From Leptonemataceae bacterium (GTDB taxonomy: Bacteria; Spirochaetota; Leptospiria; Leptospirales; Leptonemataceae), in the NCBI GenBank assembly GCA_965227295.1, contig OZ245742.1, positions 288,001 through 352,000 of the forward strand: DNA of 64,000 bases, given 5' to 3'. The notes under the pieces were generated by a model. It was not told the origin of the DNA. It saw only the letters and a list, made by a program, of their open reading frames with translations, and made no database searches. Of this stretch, positions 55,259-64,000 are shown one piece after another; the stretch's first letter is position 1; the number at the start of each line of letters is the position of its first letter. The position numbers were made by a program, and so were the translations under genes.

Positions 55259-58200
55259 TTACGCCCCGCCGCCGGTAAACCTGGCCGTCGCTTCACGCAA
55301 ACGACGGCTGATCGTGCGAAACAACGAAAACGCCAGGCGCGGGCGGGCCAGGAGCAATCGTTGAAAGTCCTCGCGCTTGATCGCGAGCAGCGTCGCGTCT
55401 TCCTGAATCTCGACGGTGGCCGAGCGCGGTTCCTGATCGAGGATCGCCATCTCGCCGAAACAATCGCGGTCTTCCAGAATCTCCAGCGTAATGTTCTGCT
55501 TGCCCTTGTTCACCCGGACCTTGCCGCGAATGATGATGTACAACGCGTCGCCGACGTCGTTCTCGCGAAAGACGACCTGCCCGGCCTTGTAGTGCCGTTC
55601 TTTGGCGATCTCGTTCAACCACTGAAGATCCTTCCCGTCGATGTCCGCAAAGAGCGGGACACTCCGCAAAAATAAAATGCGTTCCATGTTGATGGCCATC
55701 TTCTGGACCTCCTTGCGAAGCTTCGTCACCGACGTGCGCCGCCCCTTCCACTTCTTCACCTTCGAAAGTTTGCCGATCTTTTCCAGCGCGACGACGGCGT
55801 TGTCGCGAATGAACGGCGCGTGATCATCACACATCTCGAGCAAAAACGATTCGAATTCGTGCAGGCGCAGCTCACCGATGCAATAGGCCAGGCAGGCCTC
55901 GAACCATTCGTGCTGTTTCGTAATCAAGAGTTCAATGACGATGTCCTCGAGGGTGAGTTCCTCAAGGTCCTCCGCCTCAAGGACCACGTTTCCGCCGGGA
56001 ACCACCGGAGCCACCGGCCGGGCGTTCGCCGCAATGCGTCGTTCCAGCAGGCCGGCCAGGGCCGCGCCTTCCCCACCGGTACCTTCCAGAATCTCGATGG
56101 CCTCGGCCACGGAACGCCGCTCGCCGGCCCGCAGGCTCGCCGCCGCGGCGCGCACCGTGTTTACGTCGCCGATCACCTCAAGCAGCTTCAACGCCAGCTC
56201 TTCCCGCCGCGCGGCGGCCCGTTCCAGGGAATCCAGCAGGAGGGCCGTGGCGTCTTCGTTCGGAATGCGGCGCAGCGTGCGTACGTGCACGTGATCGCGC
56301 TCCATCTTTTGCAAGATGGCGCCGAAGGATCGCCGGACGGTGCCCAGAACTTTGTGATCGAAGACCTCCCCCTCCGGTGGAACCGTCTCACCGGTACCGG
56401 CGATGGCGGCGTGTTCCCGGCGCTCGCGTAAGTTCTCTTTAACAGAAGCTAAGGCTTCAATGGCCGCGTCTTCGACGATGATTCCCTGGCGGATCAAGAG
56501 CGAGACCAGCACCGGCACACTCCCCGGATCGGCGATCTCCCCGAGACAGTTAATGATTTGTTCTTTCAACGAGTCTTCGACGTTGTCGGCCAGGGCCAGG
56601 GCGTGCAGTTCGGTGAGCCCCGACTGTCCCACGCGAACGATGGCATCCGCTGCCAGGTGGCGGGTGTCACCGTCCGGCAGAAACTCCACCAGTTTCGGAA
56701 TCACGTCGCCGCTGCCCACGGCACCCATGGCACGGATCGTTTCTTCGCGCACCGCGCGTTGTTTGCTCCCCGCCAGTTGTTCGAGAATCGGCAACAACTC
56801 CGGCCGCGCCAGTTCTCGAATGACCCGCGCCGCCATGAGTTGCCGGCCGGGGCTGCGATGCTTCGACGTCTCCACGAGCTTGCGATAGGCCCGGGAACGC
56901 CGCGCGATCGTCGGCTGAATGGCGAGCTGGGCAATCATCACCTCGCGCTGTAGTTTCAGTTCTTTGCTCTTGTTCAGCAGCGGCGTGAGCTTTTTGATTT
57001 CGCCGTCCGCGCCGATCAAACGCAACGCACGTACGGCCGCCCGGCGTAGATCTTCGTTCTCCCCTTTTAAACAACGCAACAACTCCGGCAACACCGGCTC
57101 GTAGCCCTGACGCGCGAGCAGGTACATCGCCTGCACGCGCACTTCGTCCGGAAGCTTCGGCATGCGCACGACCAGATCTCCCAGGGCCGCCGGATCGTTC
57201 AGCTTTTCGATGTACTCGAGAGCCAGCAGGGCCGCGTCCTGATCCTCGCTTTCCAGGGATCGCAGGAGCAACTTGCGAACCTCGTGGCGTCCGCCTAGTT
57301 CGCGTAAGGTACCTTCGCCGGCGTCGATGTCGTGCACGCTCAGGTTGTCCACGAGCGCGCGCATGTAATGCCGCTTGATGCCGAAGGCCAGCACGATCCA
57401 CACACCGGCAATCCCGGCCGTGGCGAAAGCGACGTACTCCAGGGGAACGGCGAAGGCCGCCACCGCGACGAGCAGAACACCGGCGAGGGCGGTGGCCAGG
57501 GGTTCCACGGCGCCGTTGATGAAAGCCCGCGCCAGACCGCGTTCTTCGGCGGGCACCGCGTTGTAGAGTAACTGACTGGAAGTCTCGTGCACCGAGTTAA
57601 GAACGCTCTCGTCGAAAAAACGCGCGAGGGCCGCAAGCCAGATGCGCGGATGCAACAACGCCACAAAACTCGCCACCGCGGCCCCGCCCGAAAAGAAAAC
57701 CGCGCGAAATCCCAGGGCCAGCGAGCCCAGCGCCATGGTCATGGGATAGATCGTAAAGGCCCCGGTGTTGCCGAAGACGCGCAGTAACGTGCGCACCAAA
57801 AACAACTGCACGAGCAATCCCGTAAGAGAAACCAGGCCGTTGAGATAACCCAGGAAGGCCGTGCGCGCCTCGTCGTTTTCGGAGCCGGGGAAAAGATCCT
57901 GCACGGCGCTCAAGAACAACCAGTCCACCGTATGCACGGTAAACCACAATGGAATCGTTAAGATCGCCAGAGCGCGTACTAACGGAACCTTCCAGACCGT
58001 CTCGAACATCTCGCGAAAATTCAGATGTTCGTCCGTGGCGTGATCACGCGTGCCGTCGATCTCAATGGCCTGCTCCTGGGCGGCGAAGCGCGTCCAGACG
58101 GCCACGGGCACCGAGAAGATCATCAAACCGATCCACACGAAAAAGATGTTCTCCGTCGAACCGAACAAACGTTGCAGCAAATCCACCGAAACCGCACCGA

Positions 58201-58678
58201 CGATCAAACCCACCAGGCCGGCGCCGCCGACGAAAGGAAAGGCCCGGCGTCCCTCGCGCGGATCGAAGAGATCGTTCGCGTAGGTCCAGAAGTGAATCTG
58301 CATGGCCAACAGAAAGATCTCGTAAAACGCGAAGACGGCGAAACCGGCCACGGCCGTCGCATCGCCGGTAATGAGCACCGTGCGCACGAGCAACAGCAGC
58401 GCCGCGAGAAAGATCAACAGAATGACGAGCAAACGATACCGTGAGATGCGCGGCTCGATGAGCGAATAGCCGGCGGAGAACGTCGTCATCAGAAAGGCGT
58501 TAAGAATGAGCAGGTACGGCACGTTCTCGGCGCCGGCGCTGCCCAGAAAAAACGACTCGCCCGCGGAACGACCGAGACCCAGGCCCGCCATAATCAAAAA
58601 AAACAGCAGCGCCATCGAAAGCGTTCGGGCTCGCTCACGCTCTGCGATGCCCAGCAGTCTCAGTAAGGTGCCGCGCAT
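55259..58678 (-). CDS. Npt1/Npt2 (TLC-like) MFS transporter fused to HEAT repeats and a cNMP-binding domain
   Basis: About 12 TMs with FWTYANDLF.PREGRR.F; HEAT helices; FGEMAILDQEPRSATV. Confidence 0.85.
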   Translation of the reverse strand: MRGTLLRLLGIAERERARTLSMALLFFLIMAGLGLGRSAGESFFLGSAGAENVPYLLILNAFLMTTFSAGYSLIEPRISRYRLLVILLIFLAALLLLVRTVLITGDATAVAGFAVFAFYEIFLLAMQIHFWTYANDLFDPREGRRAFPFVGGAGLVGLIVGAVSVDLLQRLFGSTENIFFVWIGLMIFSVPVAVWTRFAAQEQAIEIDGTRDHATDEHLNFREMFETVWKVPLVRALAILTIPLWFTVHTVDWLFLSAVQDLFPGSENDEARTAFLGYLNGLVSLTGLLVQLFLVRTLLRVFGNTGAFTIYPMTMALGSLALGFRAVFFSGGAAVASFVALLHPRIWLAALARFFDESVLNSVHETSSQLLYNAVPAEERGLARAFINGAVEPLATALAGVLLVAVAAFAVPLEYVAFATAGIAGVWIVLAFGIKRHYMRALVDNLSVHDIDAGEGTLRELGGRHEVRKLLLRSLESEDQDAALLALEYIEKLNDPAALGDLVVRMPKLPDEVRVQAMYLLARQGYEPVLPELLRCLKGENEDLRRAAVRALRLIGADGEIKKLTPLLNKSKELKLQREVMIAQLAIQPTIARRSRAYRKLVETSKHRSPGRQLMAARVIRELARPELLPILEQLAGSKQRAVREETIRAMGAVGSGDVIPKLVEFLPDGDTRHLAADAIVRVGQSGLTELHALALADNVEDSLKEQIINCLGEIADPGSVPVLVSLLIRQGIIVEDAAIEALASVKENLRERREHAAIAGTGETVPPEGEVFDHKVLGTVRRSFGAILQKMERDHVHVRTLRRIPNEDATALLLDSLERAAARREELALKLLEVIGDVNTVRAAAASLRAGERRSVAEAIEILEGTGGEGAALAGLLERRIAANARPVAPVVPGGNVVLEAEDLEELTLEDIVIELLITKQHEWFEACLAYCIGELRLHEFESFLLEMCDDHAPFIRDNAVVALEKIGKLSKVKKWKGRRTSVTKLRKEVQKMAINMERILFLRSVPLFADIDGKDLQWLNEIAKERHYKAGQVVFRENDVGDALYIIIRGKVRVNKGKQNITLEILEDRDCFGEMAILDQEPRSATVEIQEDATLLAIKREDFQRLLLARPRLAFSLFRTISRRLREATARFTGGGA

Positions 58679-58700
58679 ACTTAAAAGAAAATCGCCGGCA

Positions 58701-60263
58701 TCATTGAAATCCGAGCACGCGAATATAATTCACGAACGGATCGGCCGTCCCCTGTAAATGCGAATTGTGTTCTTTAAGAATGCGAATGTAGTCCACGATG
58801 TCCCGGGTAATGCGCTCCCCCGGGCAAATGACCGGAATGCCCGGCGGATACGACATGACCATCTCACCGCAGATCTCGTTGACCGAGTTCTCCAGCGGCA
58901 CCGACTTCTTGTACGAATAAAAGGCGTCCCGGGGCATGACGATGGTTTCGGGTACGTCCGGAATCTGCGTGACCTTGCGAAACTTGCGCACGCGGCACTT
59001 CAGCGCGATGGACTTGAGCGCGTTGATGAGGTTGTCGATGTTGCGATCGTCGTCGCCGACGGTGATCATCGCCATGATGTTATTCAGGTCGGCCAGCTCG
59101 ATCTGAATGTTGTACTCCTGGCGCAGACGGCGTTCCATCTCGAAGCCGGTCATGCCCAGGCGACGCACGTGCACGCACAGCTTCGTATGATCAAAGCCGT
59201 GCAGGGCTTCGCCGTCCACCAGTTCGGAACCGAAGGCGTACAATCCGTCGATCTGGTTAATTTCATCTCGTGCGCGCTTAGCGTAGGCCAGCGTACGTTC
59301 CAGCAGTTCGTTGCCGTGCAGGGCCATCTGCTTGCGCGCGAGGTCCACCGAGGCCATCAACAGATACGAGGCCGAGGTCGTGCGCATGAGGTTCAGCGTG
59401 TTCAGGACTTTCTCGTTGGGAATCACGCGATTGCGATGCAGGAGCACCGACGACTGCGTGAGCGAACCGCACGTTTTGTGCGTACTGATTACGGACATGT
59501 CCGCGCCGACGTCCATGGCCGTGGACGGCAGGCCGTCGTGAAAGTACATGTGACCGCCGTGGGCCTCGTCCACGAGCAGCGCGGCGTCCCACTCCACGGC
59601 GAGCTTTTTCAATTGAGTAAGATTGCTGGTGAAGCCGTAGTAATTCGGATTGAGCACGAACAAGGCCGCGGTCTGCGGGGCGCGATGAAAGCACTTCTCG
59701 AACGAATCGTACGTGGGCGCGAGGGCGATGCCCAGTTCTTCGTGCATCTCCACCTGAGCATAAACCGGCAGCGCCCCGGAGAGGATCAGCCCGCTGAACG
59801 CGGACTTGTGGCAGTTGCGCGGCAGGATGATGCGATCTCCCGGACGCAACGCGGTCATCATCATCGTATGAATGCCCGAGGTCGTACCGTTGATCAAGAT
59901 GTGCGCGTGGTCCGCGCGAAAGGCGTCGGCCAGAAGTTCCTGGGCGTCGCCGATGACGGAGACGGGGTTCGCCAGGTCGTCCACGTCTTCCATGGAATTG
60001 ATATCGAAGAGAAACATGTTCTCGCCGAGGAACTCACGCATTTCCAGCAGGCCCTGGCCGTGCTTGTGCGCCGGCACGTGGAAGGGCGTGATCTTCTCGT
60101 CGATGTGCTGACGCACCGCCTGGTACAGGGGCGCCTGATCATGGCGCGCGGGATCGAGACTGGTCCGTTCGATTTCCGGTTTTGCATTCGACTGCGAAGA
60201 TTCTGAAGTTTGCAAAGGTTCGCCTCCCGGGCACAGGACTGATTCGCTCGCGACGATAAGCAC
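58701..60263 (-). CDS. speA: PLP-dependent Orn/Lys/Arg decarboxylase (probably arginine decarboxylase)
   Basis: FHVPAHK, NGTTSG, RNCHKS, VDEAHG, STHK (PLP Lys), YPPGIP; substrate inferred from gene context. Confidence 0.85.
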   Translation of the reverse strand: MLIVASESVLCPGGEPLQTSESSQSNAKPEIERTSLDPARHDQAPLYQAVRQHIDEKITPFHVPAHKHGQGLLEMREFLGENMFLFDINSMEDVDDLANPVSVIGDAQELLADAFRADHAHILINGTTSGIHTMMMTALRPGDRIILPRNCHKSAFSGLILSGALPVYAQVEMHEELGIALAPTYDSFEKCFHRAPQTAALFVLNPNYYGFTSNLTQLKKLAVEWDAALLVDEAHGGHMYFHDGLPSTAMDVGADMSVISTHKTCGSLTQSSVLLHRNRVIPNEKVLNTLNLMRTTSASYLLMASVDLARKQMALHGNELLERTLAYAKRARDEINQIDGLYAFGSELVDGEALHGFDHTKLCVHVRRLGMTGFEMERRLRQEYNIQIELADLNNIMAMITVGDDDRNIDNLINALKSIALKCRVRKFRKVTQIPDVPETIVMPRDAFYSYKKSVPLENSVNEICGEMVMSYPPGIPVICPGERITRDIVDYIRILKEHNSHLQGTADPFVNYIRVLGFQ

Positions 60264-60419
60264 CGGCCCCGAGTACTGTATATATAAATATCGAACACCG
60301 AGACCGTGAAATTCATTGCCAGATTATGCCCTTCGCCCTCGTCTGAAGTATTTGCAAAGTTTCGTAATCGCGCGTAGTCTCAGGAACGCGTGATTATGTC
60401 CGATACAACGAGAGGTAGC

Positions 60420-61619
60420 ATGTCAAAAGCACTCATCATCGGCGCCGGCGGAGTCGGCGGAGTCGTGGCGCATAAGTGCGCGCAGAATCCCGAAGTCTTT
60501 CAAGAGCTCGTCCTCGCCAGCCGCACGGTGGAAAAATGCCGGCGGATCGCGGACGACATCCGCAGCAAGTACGGTCGCGAAGTCATCACCGAGGCCCTGG
60601 ACGCCGACGACGTGCGGCAGACCGTCGCCCTCATCCAAAAACACAAACCGGACATCGTCATCAACGTCGCCCTGCCGTACCAGGACCTGGCCATCATGGA
60701 CGCCTGCCTGGAGACGAAGACCGACTACCTGGACACGGCGAACTACGAACCGCCGGACGTCGCGAAGTTCGAGTACAAATGGCAATGGGAGTACCAGCAG
60801 CGCTTCAAAGACGCCGGCATCATGGCGCTGCTCGGCAGCGGCTTTGATCCGGGCGTTACGAACGTCTTCTGCGCCCACGCCCGCAAAGAGTACTTCCAGA
60901 CCATCGAAACGATCGACATCCTCGATTGCAACGGCGGCGATCACGGCAAGGCCTTCGCCACGAACTTCAATCCGGAGATCAACATCCGCGAAATCACTCA
61001 GCCCGGACGCTACTGGGAGAACGGAGAATGGAAAGAGATCCCGGCCATGTCGGTCAACATGATGTGGGACTATCCCCGGGTCGGAGCGCGCAACTCGTTC
61101 CTGCTCTACCACGAGGAACTGGAATCCATCGTAAAGAATTTTCAGAAAGACGGCCTCAAACGCATTCGATTCTTCATGACCTTCGGCGAAGAGTACCTCA
61201 CGCACCTGCGCGTCTTGCAGAACGTCGGCATGACGAGCATTGAACCGGTCCTCTACGAAGGCCGCGAGGTCATCCCGCTGCAATTCTTAAAGGCCCTGCT
61301 CCCGGACCCGGGCAGCCTCGGCGAAAACTACACGGGCAAAACGAACATCGGCTGCGTCATCGAAGGCACGAAGAAAGACGGCAACCGCGGCCGCTACTAC
61401 ATCTACAACGTCTGCGATCATGCCGAAACCTACGCCGAGGTGAAGGCCCAGGCGGTGAGTTACACCACGGGAGTGCCGGCCATGATCGGCGCCATGATGA
61501 TGTTGCAGGGCAAGTGGAAACAGGCCGGCGTCTACAACATGGAAGAGTTCGATCCGGCGCCCTTCATCGAACAGTTGAACAAACAGGGTCTTCCCGTTAC
61601 CGAGACCTGGCTCGACTGA
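60420..61619 (+). CDS. Carboxynorspermidine/carboxyspermidine synthase (saccharopine dehydrogenase family)
   Basis: IGAGGVG, NVALPYQDL, DTANYE, GFDPG, FATNFNPEIN, YTTGVPA; directly upstream of nspC. Confidence 0.92.
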   Translation: MSKALIIGAGGVGGVVAHKCAQNPEVFQELVLASRTVEKCRRIADDIRSKYGREVITEALDADDVRQTVALIQKHKPDIVINVALPYQDLAIMDACLETKTDYLDTANYEPPDVAKFEYKWQWEYQQRFKDAGIMALLGSGFDPGVTNVFCAHARKEYFQTIETIDILDCNGGDHGKAFATNFNPEINIREITQPGRYWENGEWKEIPAMSVNMMWDYPRVGARNSFLLYHEELESIVKNFQKDGLKRIRFFMTFGEEYLTHLRVLQNVGMTSIEPVLYEGREVIPLQFLKALLPDPGSLGENYTGKTNIGCVIEGTKKDGNRGRYYIYNVCDHAETYAEVKAQAVSYTTGVPAMIGAMMMLQGKWKQAGVYNMEEFDPAPFIEQLNKQGLPVTETWLD

Positions 61620-61637
61620 GCGGCGCCTTTCGTATTC

Positions 61638-62837
61638 ATGAACGGAGAACCCTTTCGAAACTTCGACCACAGCGGGCTGCCCACGCCGGTGCACGTCATC
61701 GATACCGCGGCGCTCCGGCGAAACTTAGCGATCCTGGCCGACGTGCAGGAACAGAGCGGCGCGCGCATCATCCACGCGCTGAAGGCCTTCGCCCAGTGGA
61801 GCGTCTTTCCGATCATGCGCGAGTATCTGAGCGGCGCCACCGCGAGTTCCCTGGCCGAAGCGCGCCTCGCCCACGAGGACTTCACCGACCACGGCCGCGC
61901 GGGCGAAGTACACATCACCGCGCCCGCGTACACCGAAGCGGAGATCGGCGGCATCCTGAACTGTGTCGATCACATCGTGTTCAACACCTTCACGCAATTC
62001 GATCGCTTTCGCGAACGTGTGGAACGCCACAACCGGAACATTGAATGCGGCATTCGGGTGAATCCCGAGCACAGCGAAGCGGAAACAGCACTGTACGATC
62101 CCTGCGCACCGGGATCGCGGCTGGGTTCGAAACACGCCGTGTTCGAAGAACGAATCGCACAACTCGGAATCGACGCCGCCTTCGCGGGCATATCCGGTTT
62201 GCACTTTCATACTCTCTGCGAACAGGGACTGCCGCCGCTGGAACGTACGCTTGCCGTCTTCGAAAAAAAGTTCGGCGCGTATCTCACGCGCATGCGCTGG
62301 GTAAACTTCGGCGGCGGTCATCACATCACGAAGGCCGACTACGATCGCGACGGTCTGGTGCGGCTCATCACCGAATTTCGCAATCGCCATCCGCATCTCA
62401 AGGTCTATCTGGAACCCGGCGAAGCGTCCGTCGTGGAAACCGGCGTGCTCGTCTCCACGGTGCAGGACATCCTGCCCGGCACTCCGCCGATCGCCGTGCT
62501 CGATACATCCGCGACGGCGCATATGCCGGACGTATTAGAAATGCCGTACCGCCCGGAGATCCTCGACGCATCGGAGCCGGGCATACGGAAATATACCTAC
62601 AATCTCGGCGGGCTGACGTGCCTGGCAGGCGACGTAATCGGGGAATACTCGTTCGATCACGAGCTTCAACCGGGCGATCGACTCATCTTCCTCGACATGT
62701 CGCACTACACCATGGTGAAGAACACGATGTTCAACGGCGTCGGATTACCGGCCATCGCCGTCGGCGATACGAACAGCGGAGAACTGCGCGTGGTTCGAGA
62801 ATTCGGCTTCGAGGACTACCGGCGTCGTCTGTCGTAA
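61638..62837 (+). CDS. nspC: Carboxynorspermidine decarboxylase
   Basis: ALKAF, YDPCAPGSRLG, GLHFH.LCEQ, NFGGGHHIT, HMPD.LEMPY, CLAGD, HYTMVK..FNG. Confidence 0.95.
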   Translation: MNGEPFRNFDHSGLPTPVHVIDTAALRRNLAILADVQEQSGARIIHALKAFAQWSVFPIMREYLSGATASSLAEARLAHEDFTDHGRAGEVHITAPAYTEAEIGGILNCVDHIVFNTFTQFDRFRERVERHNRNIECGIRVNPEHSEAETALYDPCAPGSRLGSKHAVFEERIAQLGIDAAFAGISGLHFHTLCEQGLPPLERTLAVFEKKFGAYLTRMRWVNFGGGHHITKADYDRDGLVRLITEFRNRHPHLKVYLEPGEASVVETGVLVSTVQDILPGTPPIAVLDTSATAHMPDVLEMPYRPEILDASEPGIRKYTYNLGGLTCLAGDVIGEYSFDHELQPGDRLIFLDMSHYTMVKNTMFNGVGLPAIAVGDTNSGELRVVREFGFEDYRRRLS

Positions 62838-62975
62838 ACAAGCACTGCGATCTTAAAAGCGACTTAGCGCCATAAATTTCGCTGGACGAAAGTTACGCGT
62901 TGTATAGAAAGAGCGTCTACGAGAGGGAAAGAAATGCCCGCGATTGCTGCCCGGCCTGCCACGGAAAACAAGACC

Positions 62976-63644
62976 ATGTCCGAATCACAAAAACTGCGCA
63001 TCATGCTCGTCGACGACGAACGCATCACGCGCATGTTCATCCGTGATCTCATTGAAGGCGACGACCAACTGGAAGTCGTCGCGGAAGCCTCGAACGGCGA
63101 CCATGCCGTGTCGCTCATCAACGACGGCGTCAACAACATCGACGTGGTCCTCCTGGATCTCGGCTACAACATCGACGGCAAGAGCGGCCTGGACGCCGGT
63201 CCGGAAATTCGTAAGCTGCTTCCGAAAGTCGGAATCATCGTCCTCTCCCAGCACGACGCTTACTACGGTGAAAGCCGCTCCTGGGCGAACGGCTATCTCA
63301 TCAAGGATCAGGCGCCGGAGAAACTCGTTCAGGTCGTCCGCGACCTGGCGTTGCACAAGCGCGAGTACATCTCTGACGAAGCGCGCACCGCCGCTTCGGA
63401 CAAAAGCGGTCGCATGGCCGCCGTCGGCCAACTGGACAAACTCAGCAACATCGAGAAGAAGGTCATGGTGCTCACGGCCCGGGGCATGAGCAGCGACGCC
63501 GTCGCCCGGGAAATGGGCCGCAGCGTCTACACCATCAACAATCATCTCGTGCGCATTTACAACAAACTCAAGATTCCGCCCGAGCGTCGAAACAAGCAGG
63601 AACTGACCCGCCTGGCCACCGAGGCGCGGATCGATCTCCCCTGA
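62976..63644 (+). CDS. NarL/LuxR-family response regulator
   Basis: LVDDE receiver with LLDL; C-terminal HTH LS.IE..V..L.ARG.S...A..M..S.YTI.NHL..IYNKL; alternative start at 62934. Confidence 0.92.
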   Translation: MSESQKLRIMLVDDERITRMFIRDLIEGDDQLEVVAEASNGDHAVSLINDGVNNIDVVLLDLGYNIDGKSGLDAGPEIRKLLPKVGIIVLSQHDAYYGESRSWANGYLIKDQAPEKLVQVVRDLALHKREYISDEARTAASDKSGRMAAVGQLDKLSNIEKKVMVLTARGMSSDAVAREMGRSVYTINNHLVRIYNKLKIPPERRNKQELTRLATEARIDLP

Positions 63645-63688
63645 CATTCCCTTGACCACGGAGCCGCCACCGTGCGGCATCTATTTCA

Positions 63689-64000
63689 GTGAGTAACGAT
63701 CAACTGGACCGCGCCGCGGCCTTCGCTCCCCGGCGCATAACCGCAACGACCTCCCCGCAGACTGGATACGAAATCTGGTTCGCCACGCTCTTCGATCCGG
63801 AATCCCGCACGGCATTGTGGCTGCGCTACACCCTCTACGTCCCGAACGACCGGGCGAAGGCTCAGGCGTTGGTGTGGCTGTCCTTCTTCGACGCCGAACG
63901 CCCGGAACACCATGCCTTTCATGCGCAGAGCTACGACCTGGCAAAGGCGAGCATTACCCCGGAAAATATCCGCATCGATGAAAATGTGCTGAGCGCGGAC
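63689..64000 (+). CDS. Partial gene, possibly tocopherol-cyclase/hydratase-like beta fold
   Basis: Not in the track; GTG start, open to the window end: ...GYEIWFATLFDPESRTALWLRYTL...VWLSFFD. Confidence 0.6.
   Translation, partial: MSNDQLDRAAAFAPRRITATTSPQTGYEIWFATLFDPESRTALWLRYTLYVPNDRAKAQALVWLSFFDAERPEHHAFHAQSYDLAKASITPENIRIDENVLSAD

Noticed and set aside
54901-55675. ORFs spanning REP-like repeats (also 245-508, 24796-25024, 27722-28201)
   Set aside because: They are translations of the repeat (similar AVSRKRETG-type peptides), not independent genes

Overview
High-GC (roughly 60% by eye) bacterial chromosomal segment with about 50 protein-coding genes. A Leptospiraceae/Leptospirales origin is inferred from three architectures: a membrane-anchored AraC regulator, a 7TM-DISM/PP2C sensor and a giant TIGR04388-like protein. 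I found no rRNA, tRNA, CRISPR array, transposase, integrase or reverse transcriptase. Gene content covers lipid/alcohol/aldehyde oxidation, polyamine synthesis (Arg decarboxylase, carboxynorspermidine synthase and decarboxylase, AguB), signalling (PilZ, cNMP, TIR, PP2C, response regulators), envelope proteins and a type II toxin-antitoxin pair. The main unexplained signals are: (1) a tandem pair of ~380-425 nt non-coding elements with nested end-to-end base pairing at 9793-10607, a candidate large structured ncRNA or non-autonomous element; (2) a secreted (YGP)n multi-repeat peptide directly after an asparagine-synthetase homologue; (3) a dispersed ~110-bp multi-hairpin REP-like family with covarying stems and cGNAg loops, one copy apparently translated in-frame; (4) a second short inverted-repeat family; (5) a 25-bp operator-like motif in front of three oxidation genes/operons around an AraC regulator. 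All family assignments come from reading motifs by eye; no database searches were run.
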